A DNA stretch of 64,000 bases from Burkholderiales bacterium (GTDB taxonomy: Bacteria; Pseudomonadota; Gammaproteobacteria; Burkholderiales; Burkholderiaceae_C): the NCBI GenBank assembly GCA_043738425.1, contig JAYUGJ010000121.1:36896-100895 (forward strand), read 5' to 3'. Position numbers and translations under genes: made by a program. Below, one piece after another: positions 53,663 through 64,000 of the stretch; position 1 is the stretch's first letter, and the number at the start of each line of letters is the position of its first letter. Below the pieces are notes generated by a model, which saw only the letters and a list, made by a program, of their open reading frames with translations, was not told the DNA's origin and searched no databases.

Positions 53663-54315
53663 GTCGACCGCATCGCCCTGCGACGACGACTGTGACGGCG
53701 ACTGCCCCAGCGTTGGCGCAGCGTGGCTTCACGTTGCTCGAACTGATGATCACGGTGACGCTGATCGGCCTGCTGGTCGCCCTCGGCCTGCCGTCGTTCA
53801 CCGCCTGGATCCGCAACTCGCAGGTGCGCACCGTGGCCGACGCATTGCAAACCGGCATTCGCACCGCGCAAGCCGAAGCCGTGCGCCGCAACCGGCCGGT
53901 GGTGTTGTCGTTCACCAATGCCACGCCGAACCCCTCCACCGCAGTCACTGCGGTTGCAGGCGGCACCCGGTGGGCATTGCAAACGCTGCCACGGGTCGGT
54001 GAAACAGGAGCTTCGGCATTGACGCTGGAGGAACGCTACGTAGGCAGCGGCAAACTGACCGACGTGGCAGCAGGTGTCGCGATCGCCAGCACCGTTCCCG
54101 ACAACACCGTCAAGGCAATTTGTTTCAACTCCAGCGGCCGCATGATGACCAACGCAGCTGCCGAATGCGTTGCGGCCGCCACCACCTTTGCCATCAGCCA
54201 AACCAGCGCAGATCGAAATCTGAATGTGCTCGTCGCCCTCGGCGGCCAGATGCGCATGTGCGACCCCCTGCGCCCGGCCTTGTCTGCAAGTTCACCTGAC
54301 GGATGCCCTCCATGA
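53656..54315 (+). CDS. fimT: GspH/FimT family minor pilin
   Basis: The start is GTG 53656 or TTG 53659, overlapping the pilE2 stop. Blocks are QRG|[24 protein letters not shown] and [24 protein letters not shown]. Confidence 0.75.
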   Translation: MLSRPHRPATTTVTATAPALAQRGFTLLELMITVTLIGLLVALGLPSFTAWIRNSQVRTVADALQTGIRTAQAEAVRRNRPVVLSFTNATPNPSTAVTAVAGGTRWALQTLPRVGETGASALTLEERYVGSGKLTDVAAGVAIASTVPDNTVKAICFNSSGRMMTNAAAECVAAATTFAISQTSADRNLNVLVALGGQMRMCDPLRPALSASSPDGCPP

Positions 54316-54815
54316 CACAGCGCTCACGCAAACACGCTGGCGGCTTCACGCTGATTGAAGTGCTGGTGTCCATCTTGATTTTTTCGTTCGGCATCTTGGG
54401 TTTCGTTGGCCTGCAGGCCCGCGCCACCCAGGTGTCGGTAAGCGCGGAGGACAGCAACCGTGCCGCACTGATGGCCAATGAAATCGCCTCGACGCTGCTG
54501 ATCGGCGAAGGCAGTCCGACGCCTTCCGAGGCGGCGTCGGGTGCCGGCACATGGAACGTCACCGACCCAACCACCTCGGCGGCGATTGAGGCTTGGAAAT
54601 TGCGCGTTCGCGGTGTCACCGCCAGTGGAGTTGAGGATGGCAGCGGTCTGCCCAACGGCGTGGGCACGGTGACCGTCGTGAGCGACGCAGTGACCGGCAG
54701 CACCGCAACCATCTCGATAAGCTGGCGTGCCACCACTGCGCCTGAGGTGGCGTCAGGCGTGCGGCCTGCTGACCGCTACGACAACCGCTTCGTTACCCAG
54801 GTGATCCTGCCATGA
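54303..54815 (+). CDS. pilV: type IV pilus modification protein PilV
   Basis: Motif block GG|FTLIEVLVSILIFSFGILGFVGLQARA...SNRAALMANEI. Confidence 0.85.
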   Translation: MPSMTQRSRKHAGGFTLIEVLVSILIFSFGILGFVGLQARATQVSVSAEDSNRAALMANEIASTLLIGEGSPTPSEAASGAGTWNVTDPTTSAAIEAWKLRVRGVTASGVEDGSGLPNGVGTVTVVSDAVTGSTATISISWRATTAPEVASGVRPADRYDNRFVTQVILP

Positions 54816-56041
54816 CGCGCCACTCCACCAGCCAGTCGCGCACGGCGGGCTTCACGCTGATCGAGATGATGGTCGCCATCGTTATCAGCCTGGTGCTCAC
54901 GCTGGCCATCACCAATGTGCTGATGCGCACCGAAGGCAGCAAACGCAACACCACCTCGGTGAACGAGGTCAACGCCACCGGTGCCTACTCGGCGTTTGTG
55001 CTCGATCGCGCGATTCGCAGCGCAGGATCTGGCTTTTCGCAACGTTGGCAAGACGTCTACGGCTGCCGGGTTAGCGCTAGCAGCGACGGCGTCGACGTGA
55101 TGCCGATGCCGGCCGCATTCCCAGCAACGTCCGCATTTGCCCGCGTACCGCAACAGCTGCGTTTGGCACCGTTACTTATAGGCAAAGGGCTGGCCGACCG
55201 AACCACCGGCACGCCTGAAGTGCGTGGTGACGTGTTGGTCGTGATGGGCGGCATGTCGGGTTCAGGCGAATCACCGCTGGATGTGTTGGCCCCGCCGGGT
55301 GGTGTGTTGACTCAAAGTAATTTGCGGGTGCCCAACACGTTGGGCTACGCGGACAACGACATGCTGTTGCTTGCCAACACTGCAAGCCCTGGTGCTGGCT
55401 GCCTGATGGAGCAGGTGGGCACACACAACCCAGCGGTTTCTGACCAGGCGTTGCCACTGTCGGGACAGTTCTTCACTACGTCGGCCAGCGGCGTGTCGTT
55501 GAGCGACTTCGGCGGTGCTTCTATCGCCGTGCAAATGGGCAACGCTGTTGGCAATTTGCCGGTGTTCCAGTTGTACGGCGTCGGCAACAACGCGTCTTTG
55601 ATGGGCTACGACTTGTTGCGCCCCGCGGCTGCTGCGGCCAGTGGCGGCGTGGCCGCTGTCAACCCCGAGGTCGCGGTTGCCGAGGGCGTGGTGGAAATGC
55701 GTGCGCTCTACCGCATCGACCGGTCACTCGCTCTCGACGGCTCCGACCTGGCCTGGATCGATCCTGTAGCCGACTACAGCGCTGCGAACTTGTCGGACGG
55801 CAGCCCGGCTGCGCAGACCAGGGTTCGGCGCATCGTCGCAGTCCGTGTCGGCATGATTTTGCGCACCACGGTGTCTGAGCGGCCGCAAGACTTCGCACAA
55901 CCCGCCGGCAAAACGTTCACCTTGTTCGCCGACGCGATTCCGCAAGCGCGAACGCTGGTCGGCGACGAGCTGACTTACCGCTACCGCACCGTCGACGTCA
56001 CCATCCCGCTGCGCAATGTTTTGTTGGCACCGCAACTATGA
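54812..56041 (+). CDS. pilW: type IV pilus assembly protein PilW
   Basis: Motif AG|FTLIEMMVAIVISLVLTLAITNVL. It is 409 aa, overlaps pilV by 4 nt and overlaps pilX. Confidence 0.85.
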   Translation: MTRHSTSQSRTAGFTLIEMMVAIVISLVLTLAITNVLMRTEGSKRNTTSVNEVNATGAYSAFVLDRAIRSAGSGFSQRWQDVYGCRVSASSDGVDVMPMPAAFPATSAFARVPQQLRLAPLLIGKGLADRTTGTPEVRGDVLVVMGGMSGSGESPLDVLAPPGGVLTQSNLRVPNTLGYADNDMLLLANTASPGAGCLMEQVGTHNPAVSDQALPLSGQFFTTSASGVSLSDFGGASIAVQMGNAVGNLPVFQLYGVGNNASLMGYDLLRPAAAAASGGVAAVNPEVAVAEGVVEMRALYRIDRSLALDGSDLAWIDPVADYSAANLSDGSPAAQTRVRRIVAVRVGMILRTTVSERPQDFAQPAGKTFTLFADAIPQARTLVGDELTYRYRTVDVTIPLRNVLLAPQL

Positions 56042-56706
56042 AACACGTCCGCTCAAGTCGATTCACCGCGCACGCGAAACCCCGCCAACGCGGGGTGGTG
56101 TTGATTTACACCTTGATCGCGCTGGTCATCATGTTGATCGCTGCTGCGGCGCTGGTGCGCTCCTTCAACAGCACCTTGTTTACCTCGGGCAACATTGCTT
56201 TCAAACGTGATTTGCAAAACCAGAGCGAACGCGCGACCAACGTGGTGCTCACCGCGTTTCGTCCGACCGGCACCCTGGCATCTTCGGTTGCGCGCAGCGC
56301 AGATATTCCGACCAGCAACTACAGCTCACTCAGGTTGCCGACGAACGCGCAGGGCATTCCCACCGACCTGTTGTTGAAGAACACCGCCTTTGCGGCGAAG
56401 TGGACCGCTGCCGACCTGGCGTCGACAGACGGCAGTGTGCAAATTCGCTATGTCATCGACCGGTTGTGCGCGGCAACGGGTGACGAGGCGGCCTTCGGTT
56501 CGGCCGATTGCATCGTCGCCGAGGACAAAACCGCTGCGGGTACCAGTTCGTCGAACCGCAAAGGGCCGGACCGCAAATTGGGCACCAGCGGCACGCCAGT
56601 GTCGCTGCGCGCCATCGTGTACCGGCTGAGTGTGCGCGCCACCGGACCACGCAATACGCAATCGTTTTTCCAATCGACATTCACCGTGCCTACGCCACCG
56701 AGCTGA
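56038..56706 (+). CDS. pilX: type IV pilus minor pilin PilX (PilX N-terminal domain)
   Basis: Motif block QRGVVLIYTLIALVIMLIAAAALVRSFNS. Its position between pilW and pilY1 fits. Confidence 0.8.
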   Translation: MKHVRSSRFTAHAKPRQRGVVLIYTLIALVIMLIAAAALVRSFNSTLFTSGNIAFKRDLQNQSERATNVVLTAFRPTGTLASSVARSADIPTSNYSSLRLPTNAQGIPTDLLLKNTAFAAKWTAADLASTDGSVQIRYVIDRLCAATGDEAAFGSADCIVAEDKTAAGTSSSNRKGPDRKLGTSGTPVSLRAIVYRLSVRATGPRNTQSFFQSTFTVPTPPS

Positions 56707-56785
56707 GGCCCAAGTTGCCAACGACTGTCGTTTTTTATTACGCGCCGATTTACCAGCTGCTTCAGCCACTGCGCCCCCGCGCAGC

Positions 56786-59700
56786 ATGACCCGAGAGTCC
56801 GCAATGAACCTTTTGTCCAAATCAATTTTCTGCAGCGGTATTGATCGCAACCGACTTCACGCGTGTGCGCGCTGGCGCGTTGCAACCTGGGGCGCATGCC
56901 TGGTCGCGTTGGTGGGTTCAACCCAAGCTGCCACACCACTGGCCGATTTGCCCATTTTTGCCAGCAGCAACGTGCCCGGCAATCTGGCACTGGTGCTGTC
57001 GACCGAATTTCCGACGGTGGTGGGTGCGGCTTACGCACGCACGCCGTATGACGTGACGAAAGATTACCTCGGCTACTTCGATCCCGCCAGGTGCTACGTC
57101 TACACGTACACCAACGGAACCGATGTCAACAACTACTTCTCACCATCGAGCGCTGCCACAGCGCACGTGTGCAGCGGTAAATGGAGCGGTAACTTCTTGA
57201 ACTGGGCGGCCACACAAACCATCGACCCGTTCCGCTGGACGCTGACCGGCGGCTACCGCGTGATCGACACCACCACCACCACCGTCGTGGAAAAAGGCCA
57301 CCACAGTGGCCAGGGCGGCACGTACAACTACCCCGACCCCAGCATTACGGATGGCGCATTGATTGCCGGTGCGACGCCGTTTCCGGCGACCACCACTGCG
57401 CTCAACATGCGTATCCAAGGCCTCGGCAACAAGATGCGCTTTACCGTGCCGGGCGTGGCGACAGTGCCCGTCGCACTGGCCAGCTTCACCGGCAAGTACT
57501 ACAACAACCAGACTCGATCCGGCGGCGCGGTACTCACGCGCCCAGCCGAACCCACCATTTTTTACAACTGGAACAGCGTGGTGCCCGGGCCAGGCGTGAA
57601 CCGGGAGAACATGTCGGTCCGTTGGGACGGGTCGATCAAAGCACCAACCGCTGGAACGTATGAATTCCGTGTTCGGGCGGACGACACGGTGCAACTGCGA
57701 ATACAAAAGGGCGGCGGTGCGCTGACCCAGGTGGTCAACCAAACCAGCTACGCCGGCATGGTTGACCAAGTCGTGGCCCCGTACACCGGCGTTGCAGCCA
57801 ATACGGTGTTCACCATCCAGCTCGATTTCAGCCAAGGGCCTGGCGCATCAGAGATTTACCTCGAATGGAAAACACCAGGCTCAGCCGATTGGGTGCCGGT
57901 AGGTGGCAGCGCCCCGAACACCGTATCGGTCAACGCGGCCAGCCCAACGCCTACGCAGTACAACGGGATTGCAACCGCAGGCGGAGTGGTCTACGAGGCG
58001 TTTGTGCGCGCCAAAGTTTGTGCCTCATCGGCGCTAAAAGAAGCCAACTGCGTTGCCTACGGAACCAACTTCAAGCCCGAAGGCTTGATGCAAAAGTACG
58101 CCAACAAAATTCGCTACAGCGCGTTTGGTTACCTGAACGACAGCCGCAACACTGACCCTGGCGCAATTGAACGCGACGGTGGTGTGCTGCGTGCGCGGCA
58201 AAAGTTCATCGGCCCAACCCAACCGGTGCCTGGCTCCTCCGACGTTACCAACGCAAAAGCGCCCACTGGTCCCGCAGGCCAAGTCACCGGCGGCGAATGG
58301 AGTGCGGTCGACGGCACGATGACCATCAACCCAGATAAATACGACGCTGACAACACCAGTGCGGTGATGGGGTTGCCCGCCAGCGCTATAGCGAACAGCG
58401 GCGTGTTGAACTATTTGAATAAATTCGGGCAAATTACCCCGGGCAACTACAAGAGTTACGACAGCGTCAGCGAGCTGTACTACGCAGCGATTCGCTACTT
58501 CCGCAACCTATCGCCCGTGGCGGCCTATTCCAGCGTGCCGGGCGGCACGTCCAACGCCACCAAACTGGCGTGGGCCGACGGTTTTCCTGTCATCACCGAA
58601 CAGGTCGATCCGATTCTGTACACCTGCCAATCCAACTTCATTCTGGGCATTGGTGACACGAATACGCACTCCGACAAAAACGTGCCGGGTTACACCCACG
58701 TGAACGGCGACAAAGAACCGGCGACACCCGCAGAGGTCACCGCCGACACCACCTGGAATGCCATCACTTCGACCAACAAGGTCGGTGTGCTGCAGGGCTT
58801 GGGTGCGTCGCTAGGTGCAACTTATCCATGGACCGGCGGAAACAACTTCAACTCGGCATTGATGGCCGGGCTTGCCTACGACGCGCACATCCGAGACATT
58901 CGCGGCCGAACGTCTTTGCAAATCAAAGAACCCCAAACCATCGAAACCTACTGGGTCGATGTGATGGAAAGCGGGGAGCAAGCAAACAACCAGTTTTACC
59001 TGGCGGCCAAGTACGGCGGCTTCACCGTGCCGACGGACTACGACGTGGCCAACACCACGCCGTTGTCGCAAGCGTCGTGGGCCTCGACCGCCGACACGCT
59101 GGGCGGGCAACCGCGTCCGGACAACTATTTTTCAGGTGCGCAACCCGACCTGATGAAGGCCGCGCTGGACGCAGCGTTCGCAGATATTGCGAAGAAGATC
59201 ACCAAATACACCACGTCGTTTTCAACCTCGCTGCCACAAGTCGCCGTAGCTGGTAACAGCAGCTTCAGCAGCAAGTACGACGCCGTGAACTGGACCGGTG
59301 AAGTGACCGCCAGCGAGCTCAAGTTCGATACCAACAACAAGCCCACGTTGGTTGAAAAGTGGAACTTCAGCGCCAAGCTCAGCACGCAGCTAGCCGAGGT
59401 AGGGGCCGTCAAGGGTTGGGACACCGACCGCCGCGTTGTGACCTGGAATGGCAGCGCCGGCGTGCCGTTTCGTGCGGCTTCGCTGACCGCCGATCTGGCG
59501 AACTTGAACACCTCTTATGTGCCGGGTGATGACAGCGCGAACTACATCAATTACCTACGCGGCGAGGCCGTCAACGAAGTCAAGCTCGGCAGCGCCGATG
59601 CAAATCGCGTGTATCGAACCAGAGAAAAATTGTTTGGCGATGTGGTGGGTTCGAAAGCCAGGCCAGTGGGTCCGCCGGCTGATCCATTCAGCGAGGCCGC

Positions 59701-61276
59701 GAACCCGGGTTACACCGCCTTCCGAACCACCTGGAAGAACCGCTTGACGGTGGTTTACGTTGGCGCGAACGACGGCATGTTGCACGCAATCAACGGTGCG
59801 CTGGTTTCTAGCTCTACGCCGGCAACCCTAACGCAGGCCGCACTGGAAGGCGATGCGTCGTTTGGCCAAGAAATGTTCGCCTACGTGCCACGCGCTTTGA
59901 TCGCCGGCCCCAGCACACCCGCGACGCCGAACGTTGACGGCTTGGCTTCGCTAGGCAAGCCGGCGGGGTTCTCGCACCACTACATGGTCAACGCTACGCC
60001 TAGCGTGCATGACATTGACTTCGGCAAAGCTGGCGGCGCCACCGGCGCGCCGAACTGGAAGTCGGTACTGATCGGCGGTCTCGGCAAAGGTGGTAGGAGC
60101 TATTACGCGATCGATGTCACCGACCCGAAAGGCATGATTGCTGGCGCGACCGCTGCGGCCAGCGAATTGAACGTTGCCTCCAAGGTATTGTGGGAAATAA
60201 AGAGCTCACAAATTGGTTTTACTTTCGGTGAACCGGTGGTCACGAAAACCAAAAAGTACGGCTGGACGGTCATCTTTCCGTCTGGCTACAACAACGCCGA
60301 CGGCAAAGGCTATTTTGTCTTCGTCGATCCACGCAATGGCAACGTCTTGGAGACCATCTCGACGACTGCTGGATCAGTGGCTAACGATGCCGGCTTAGCG
60401 CACGTGAATGCGTTTGAGCCAGATGCCACTGACGGTACCGCCGACGCGTTGTACGCCGGCGACTTGCTGGGCAATCTGTGGCGGCTCGACATCACAGGGA
60501 CCGGCACCTACCCGGCGCCGACGTTGATGGCCACACTGACCAGCCCCCTCCCGAACGACACCGTGGCGCAACCGCTTACCAGCCGGCCCGTCATCGAAGT
60601 GCATCCGAATACGAAAAAACGGTTTGTTTTATTCGGCACTGGCAGATTGCTCGAGGTGTCTGACGCGGGCACTACCGCGGAGCAAACGTTCTATGCCGTC
60701 GCAGATGGCACGAACGCAGCTTTCAAGCCCGCTGCCGCCACACCCGGTTCGGTGGCATTCCCGTACACCCGATCCAATTTAGCGAAAAGCGCCAACGGGT
60801 TGGTTGGCGTGGAGTTCAACCCAGTAACCCAGGTCGGTTGGTACGAAGATCTTGGAACGGATGATCAAGACGTCGCTGCCGACACCAGCGCAACACCGCC
60901 CGTTGTCGCCCGCGCTAAAACCGGCATTGCGTATCGAGTCACGCTCGACGCGACGACACTGGCTGGCAAAGTGGCCTACGCCACCACACTGGCCATAGGG
61001 ACCGCGTGCAGCCCATCCGGCACGAGTCGTCTGTATGCAAAAGACTTTGCCAAAGCCACCACGTTTTTGAAAACATACAAAAACGGTGCGCTGGTTCCAG
61101 CCGAGTTTCAAGCGGTGTCTGGCAGCGTGACCGACCTGCGTTTCATCAGCGTGAACGGCAAGGGAACGCTGATCAGCGGCACCGACAGCGGTGGCGTAGA
61201 CAAGGTCGAAACCTTCCCGTTTGAAGCGGTGTCGCTGCGCCGCATCAACTGGCGCGAATTGCCAGAAGTTCAGTGA
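56786..61276 (+). CDS. pilY1: type IV pilus tip adhesin / biogenesis factor PilY1 (PilC family) with an inserted PA14 domain
   Basis: The start is ATG 56786 or 56804, followed by a signal peptide ending GSTQAATP. The PA14 block lies at nt 57479-57904. C-terminal propeller blocks are VYVGANDGMLHAING, VLIGGLGKGGRSYYAIDVTDP and DATDGTADALYAGDLLGNLWRLDI. Confidence 0.85.
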   Translation: MTRESAMNLLSKSIFCSGIDRNRLHACARWRVATWGACLVALVGSTQAATPLADLPIFASSNVPGNLALVLSTEFPTVVGAAYARTPYDVTKDYLGYFDPARCYVYTYTNGTDVNNYFSPSSAATAHVCSGKWSGNFLNWAATQTIDPFRWTLTGGYRVIDTTTTTVVEKGHHSGQGGTYNYPDPSITDGALIAGATPFPATTTALNMRIQGLGNKMRFTVPGVATVPVALASFTGKYYNNQTRSGGAVLTRPAEPTIFYNWNSVVPGPGVNRENMSVRWDGSIKAPTAGTYEFRVRADDTVQLRIQKGGGALTQVVNQTSYAGMVDQVVAPYTGVAANTVFTIQLDFSQGPGASEIYLEWKTPGSADWVPVGGSAPNTVSVNAASPTPTQYNGIATAGGVVYEAFVRAKVCASSALKEANCVAYGTNFKPEGLMQKYANKIRYSAFGYLNDSRNTDPGAIERDGGVLRARQKFIGPTQPVPGSSDVTNAKAPTGPAGQVTGGEWSAVDGTMTINPDKYDADNTSAVMGLPASAIANSGVLNYLNKFGQITPGNYKSYDSVSELYYAAIRYFRNLSPVAAYSSVPGGTSNATKLAWADGFPVITEQVDPILYTCQSNFILGIGDTNTHSDKNVPGYTHVNGDKEPATPAEVTADTTWNAITSTNKVGVLQGLGASLGATYPWTGGNNFNSALMAGLAYDAHIRDIRGRTSLQIKEPQTIETYWVDVMESGEQANNQFYLAAKYGGFTVPTDYDVANTTPLSQASWASTADTLGGQPRPDNYFSGAQPDLMKAALDAAFADIAKKITKYTTSFSTSLPQVAVAGNSSFSSKYDAVNWTGEVTASELKFDTNNKPTLVEKWNFSAKLSTQLAEVGAVKGWDTDRRVVTWNGSAGVPFRAASLTADLANLNTSYVPGDDSANYINYLRGEAVNEVKLGSADANRVYRTREKLFGDVVGSKARPVGPPADPFSEAANPGYTAFRTTWKNRLTVVYVGANDGMLHAINGALVSSSTPATLTQAALEGDASFGQEMFAYVPRALIAGPSTPATPNVDGLASLGKPAGFSHHYMVNATPSVHDIDFGKAGGATGAPNWKSVLIGGLGKGGRSYYAIDVTDPKGMIAGATAAASELNVASKVLWEIKSSQIGFTFGEPVVTKTKKYGWTVIFPSGYNNADGKGYFVFVDPRNGNVLETISTTAGSVANDAGLAHVNAFEPDATDGTADALYAGDLLGNLWRLDITGTGTYPAPTLMATLTSPLPNDTVAQPLTSRPVIEVHPNTKKRFVLFGTGRLLEVSDAGTTAEQTFYAVADGTNAAFKPAAATPGSVAFPYTRSNLAKSANGLVGVEFNPVTQVGWYEDLGTDDQDVAADTSATPPVVARAKTGIAYRVTLDATTLAGKVAYATTLAIGTACSPSGTSRLYAKDFAKATTFLKTYKNGALVPAEFQAVSGSVTDLRFISVNGKGTLISGTDSGGVDKVETFPFEAVSLRRINWRELPEVQ

Positions 61277-61315
61277 TCGCGTGGAGCAGGGTTGGAACCT
61301 TGGGCCGCGAGCACA

Positions 61316-62581
61316 TCAGTCGAATAACCGCTCGCCGGTGAGCCGGTGGTGTTCGCGCAGGGCGCAGCGGTCGGTCATGGCGGCGATGTGATCGGCGATG
61401 GCTCGGGGGGTCGGGTCTTTAGAACGGCCGGTCGACGCCTCGGTCACGGTGTCTAAAAATGCGGGGGGCTCAACGGCCTCCTGCATTTTTTTTGGGTTTT
61501 CCTGGTACTGCGCAAACAGACTCTGCACTACCGCGCGGGCCTGGTCGGTGTTGGCTTGCACCTTTGGGTGGCGGTACAGGTTGCGGCTTAAAAAGTGTTT
61601 GAGCTCGGCGCTGCCTGCGCCCATGTCAGCGCTGAAGCGCACCAGCGGCGGCATGGCGCGGGCCGCGTCGGCGCTGGTTGGCTGGTGCTGGTGCAACATG
61701 CGTTGCGTGCTGGCGATCACATCGTGAATTTGCGCGCTGAGCATGCGGCGTATCGATTCGAACAGCAGCCGCTGCCCGGTGAGCTGCGGATGCGCTCGCA
61801 GGCATTCACGGCGGTGCTGGTTGAACACGCCGGCTTGTTCGAGCTGCTCCATCGTGAGCAAACCCGAACGCACGCCGTCGTCGATGTCGTGCGCGTTGTA
61901 GGCGATCTCGTCGGCCAGGTTGCACAGCTGCGCTTCCAGGCTGGGCTGCGTGCGCGCAATGAAACGGTGGCCCACACCGAGCGGCTCTATCGCTTCGAGC
62001 CGCCGCGCGTTGGCTTGTGAGCAATGCTTGAGCACGCCTTCGCGGGTCTCGAACGTCAGGTTCAAGCCGTCGAATTGCGGGTAGCGCAGCTCGAGTAAAT
62101 CGATCACCCGCAGGCTTTGAAAGTTGTGCTCGAAGCCTTCGCGGCCGGGGTGCAGTCGCTGCAAGCATTCATTGAGCGCGTCTTGCCCCGCGTGGCCGAA
62201 TGGCGTGTGACCGACGTCGTGCGCCAGGCAAATGGCTTCGACCAAATCTTCATGCAAACCCAGCGGCCGCGCGATCGAGCGGGCGATTTGCGCCACTTCG
62301 AGCGAGTGCGTCATGCGGGTGCGAAACAGGTCGCCTTCGTGGTTCAGGAACACCTGGGTTTTGTAGACCAGCCGCCGAAAGGCGGTGCTGTGCACGATGC
62401 GGTCGCGGTCGCGCTGGAAGTCGTTGCGGCCGATAGATGCGGGCTCGGCGTGGCGGCGGCCGCGGCTTTGATTCGGGTTGCTGGCGTAGGTGGCATACCC
62501 GGCGTGCGCGGCATACCCGACATGCGCGGCATGCGCGTCGGCCAGTGCGGCACCGTCGCCGGCGTTGAACACTTGGCTCAC
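61316..62581 (-). CDS. dgt: dGTP triphosphohydrolase-like HD-domain protein
   Basis: Blocks are [32 protein letters not shown] and [12 protein letters not shown]. Confidence 0.9.
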   Translation of the reverse strand: MSQVFNAGDGAALADAHAAHVGYAAHAGYATYASNPNQSRGRRHAEPASIGRNDFQRDRDRIVHSTAFRRLVYKTQVFLNHEGDLFRTRMTHSLEVAQIARSIARPLGLHEDLVEAICLAHDVGHTPFGHAGQDALNECLQRLHPGREGFEHNFQSLRVIDLLELRYPQFDGLNLTFETREGVLKHCSQANARRLEAIEPLGVGHRFIARTQPSLEAQLCNLADEIAYNAHDIDDGVRSGLLTMEQLEQAGVFNQHRRECLRAHPQLTGQRLLFESIRRMLSAQIHDVIASTQRMLHQHQPTSADAARAMPPLVRFSADMGAGSAELKHFLSRNLYRHPKVQANTDQARAVVQSLFAQYQENPKKMQEAVEPPAFLDTVTEASTGRSKDPTPRAIADHIAAMTDRCALREHHRLTGERLFD

Positions 62582-63699
62582 GCAGTGTGTGCCGCGATCA
62601 CCTCAGCCACCAATGCGTCGGGCACCACATGCAAGCTGGCGCGGCCGGGTGCGTCGATCAGTACGAAGCGGATTTGACCGGCCTCGGATTTTTTGTCGAC
62701 GCGCATCAGTTCCAGGTAGGTCGCAGCCCCGAGCTTCGGGCCCACGGTGGGCAGCCCGGCACGTGCGATCAACGCGGTCAGGCGCTGCACATACGCGGCG
62801 TCGACCAGCCCGCAGCGCGCCGACAAATCAGCTGCCATCACCATGCCGCAACCTACCGCTTCGCCGTGCAACCAGACTCCGTAGCCCATGCCGGCTTCGA
62901 TCGCGTGACCGAAGGTGTGGCCGAAATTCAATATGGCGCGCACGCCCGCTTCGCGCTCGTCTTGCCCCACCACCCAGGCCTTGATTTCGCACGAGCGTTG
63001 CACCGCGTGCGCCAGCGCGGCGGGTTCGCGCGCACGCAGCGCATCGATGTGGTCTTCGATCCAGCCGAGGAATGCGTCGTCGGCAATCGGGCCGTACTTG
63101 ATGACTTCGGCCAGGCCGGCCGAAATTTCGCGGTCGGGCAAGGTGTTCAACGTGTCCAGATCGGCAATGACTTTGAGCGGCTGGTAGAACGCGCCGATCA
63201 TGTTTTTGCCCGCCGGGTGGTTGATCGCGGTTTTGCCGCCGACCGATGAGTCGACCTGCGCCAGCAACGTGGTCGGCACCTGCACGTAGGCCACGCCGCG
63301 CAGGTAGCAGGCTGCCGCAAAGCCGGTCATGTCGCCGATCACGCCGCCGCCCAGTGCGTAGAGCACCGTTTTGCGGTCGCAGGCGTCGGCCAGCAACCGG
63401 TCGAACACCCGGTTCAGCGTGGGCCAGTCTTTGTAGGCCTCGCCGTCGGGCAGGGCGATGGTGGCAACGCGCGCATGGTGCGTGCCCAACGCCGCGTGCA
63501 ACCGCTGCGCGTAAAGCGGTGCCACGGTGGTGTTGGTGACGATCAGCGCATCGGACGTGCGTGGGCCGCAAGCGATTTCGGTGGCGCGGTCGAATAGGCC
63601 GCTGCCTATGACGATGTCGTAGCTGCGGTCGGCCAGCGCGATGCTGACTCGGGTGGCGGCAGGCCCATCGGCCGCAGTGGTATTCGGTGAATTTGCCAT
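62578..63699 (-). CDS. aroB: 3-dehydroquinate synthase
   Basis: Blocks are [27 protein letters not shown] and [11 protein letters not shown]. Confidence 0.95.
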   Translation of the reverse strand: MANSPNTTAADGPAATRVSIALADRSYDIVIGSGLFDRATEIACGPRTSDALIVTNTTVAPLYAQRLHAALGTHHARVATIALPDGEAYKDWPTLNRVFDRLLADACDRKTVLYALGGGVIGDMTGFAAACYLRGVAYVQVPTTLLAQVDSSVGGKTAINHPAGKNMIGAFYQPLKVIADLDTLNTLPDREISAGLAEVIKYGPIADDAFLGWIEDHIDALRAREPAALAHAVQRSCEIKAWVVGQDEREAGVRAILNFGHTFGHAIEAGMGYGVWLHGEAVGCGMVMAADLSARCGLVDAAYVQRLTALIARAGLPTVGPKLGAATYLELMRVDKKSEAGQIRFVLIDAPGRASLHVVPDALVAEVIAAHTA

Positions 63700-63763
63700 G
63701 CGGCTATTTTGCCGCGGCAGCGTGGGCCCAGCGTGCTGCCACGCCGCCTACCGGAAGGCCGAT

Positions 63764-64000
63764 TCAGTGCACGCTTGATTCGCTGGGATCGACCGGCGAA
63801 GGCACCGTGTCCATCGGCAACACGCCGGCCAGCTCGAGTTGCATCAACAGCATGTTGACCAGGTTTTGCACCGACGGCCGGCCGGTTTCGATCACGTAGT
63901 GCGCGGTGCTTTGGTACAGCGGGTCACGGGTGTGAAACAACGCGCGCAGCCGCGCCAGCGGGTTTTGCACCTGCAGCAACGGGCGGTGGGTGTCGTGGCG
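63764..64000 (-). CDS. aroK: shikimate kinase, C-terminal part only (the gene continues past the window end)
   Basis: The frame is open to the window edge. The C-terminal block is [34 protein letters not shown], and it occupies the canonical aroK-aroB position. Confidence 0.8.
   Translation of the reverse strand, partial: RHDTHRPLLQVQNPLARLRALFHTRDPLYQSTAHYVIETGRPSVQNLVNMLLMQLELAGVLPMDTVPSPVDPSESSVH

Overview
This is a high-GC proteobacterial chromosomal window. The synteny looks betaproteobacterial/Burkholderiales: tolB-pal-cpoB, mlaFEDACB beside gltBD, ABC2-bolA-murA-hisGDCBHA, and aroK-aroB beside a type IV pilus locus. That placement is inference only. I support about 60 CDS, one tRNA-Lys(UUU), two clear intrinsic terminators and several short tandem-repeat arrays. 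All calls come from reading ORF translations for family motifs I recognise, plus start-codon, Shine-Dalgarno (SD) and codon-position checks by eye; no database search was possible.

Most of the window is core metabolism and envelope:
- nucleotide-sugar genes manC and ugd
- the Tol-Pal tail
- fumC
- a histidine operon
- murA
- pgi, tal and zwf
- the Mla system
- gltBD
- dgt, aroB and aroK

I do not see a convincing multi-gene defence, CRISPR, prophage or secretion island. The parts that merit a second look are:
1. A minor-pilin/PilY1 locus (51.3-61.3 kb). Two diverged PilE-like paralogs flank a TonB-C-like membrane protein, and the roughly 1500-aa PilY1 carries a clear PA14 domain.
2. An IS200/RAYT-like Y1-transposase homolog next to that locus, with the HUH histidines apparently replaced by QVQ.
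3. A VapBC module translationally wired into the his operon between hisD and hisC. A divergently oriented CHRD/PEP-CTERM gene plus a bidirectional terminator also splits hisA from hisF.
4. A 1.25-kb gap upstream of tolB filled by small SD-preceded ORFs of unknown family, with an 8-nt tandem repeat at an ORF junction.
5. A small stress-like accessory patch (15.3-19.3 kb). It holds a J-domain protein with a broken HPD motif, a secreted proline/valine-rich protein, DUF3140, and a strictly phased 11 x 11-nt repeat array.
6. An orphan EpsI gene and a DUF1800/DUF1501 pair.

Many long ORFs in the supplied track are antisense or out-of-frame shadows typical of high-GC DNA and were not called.
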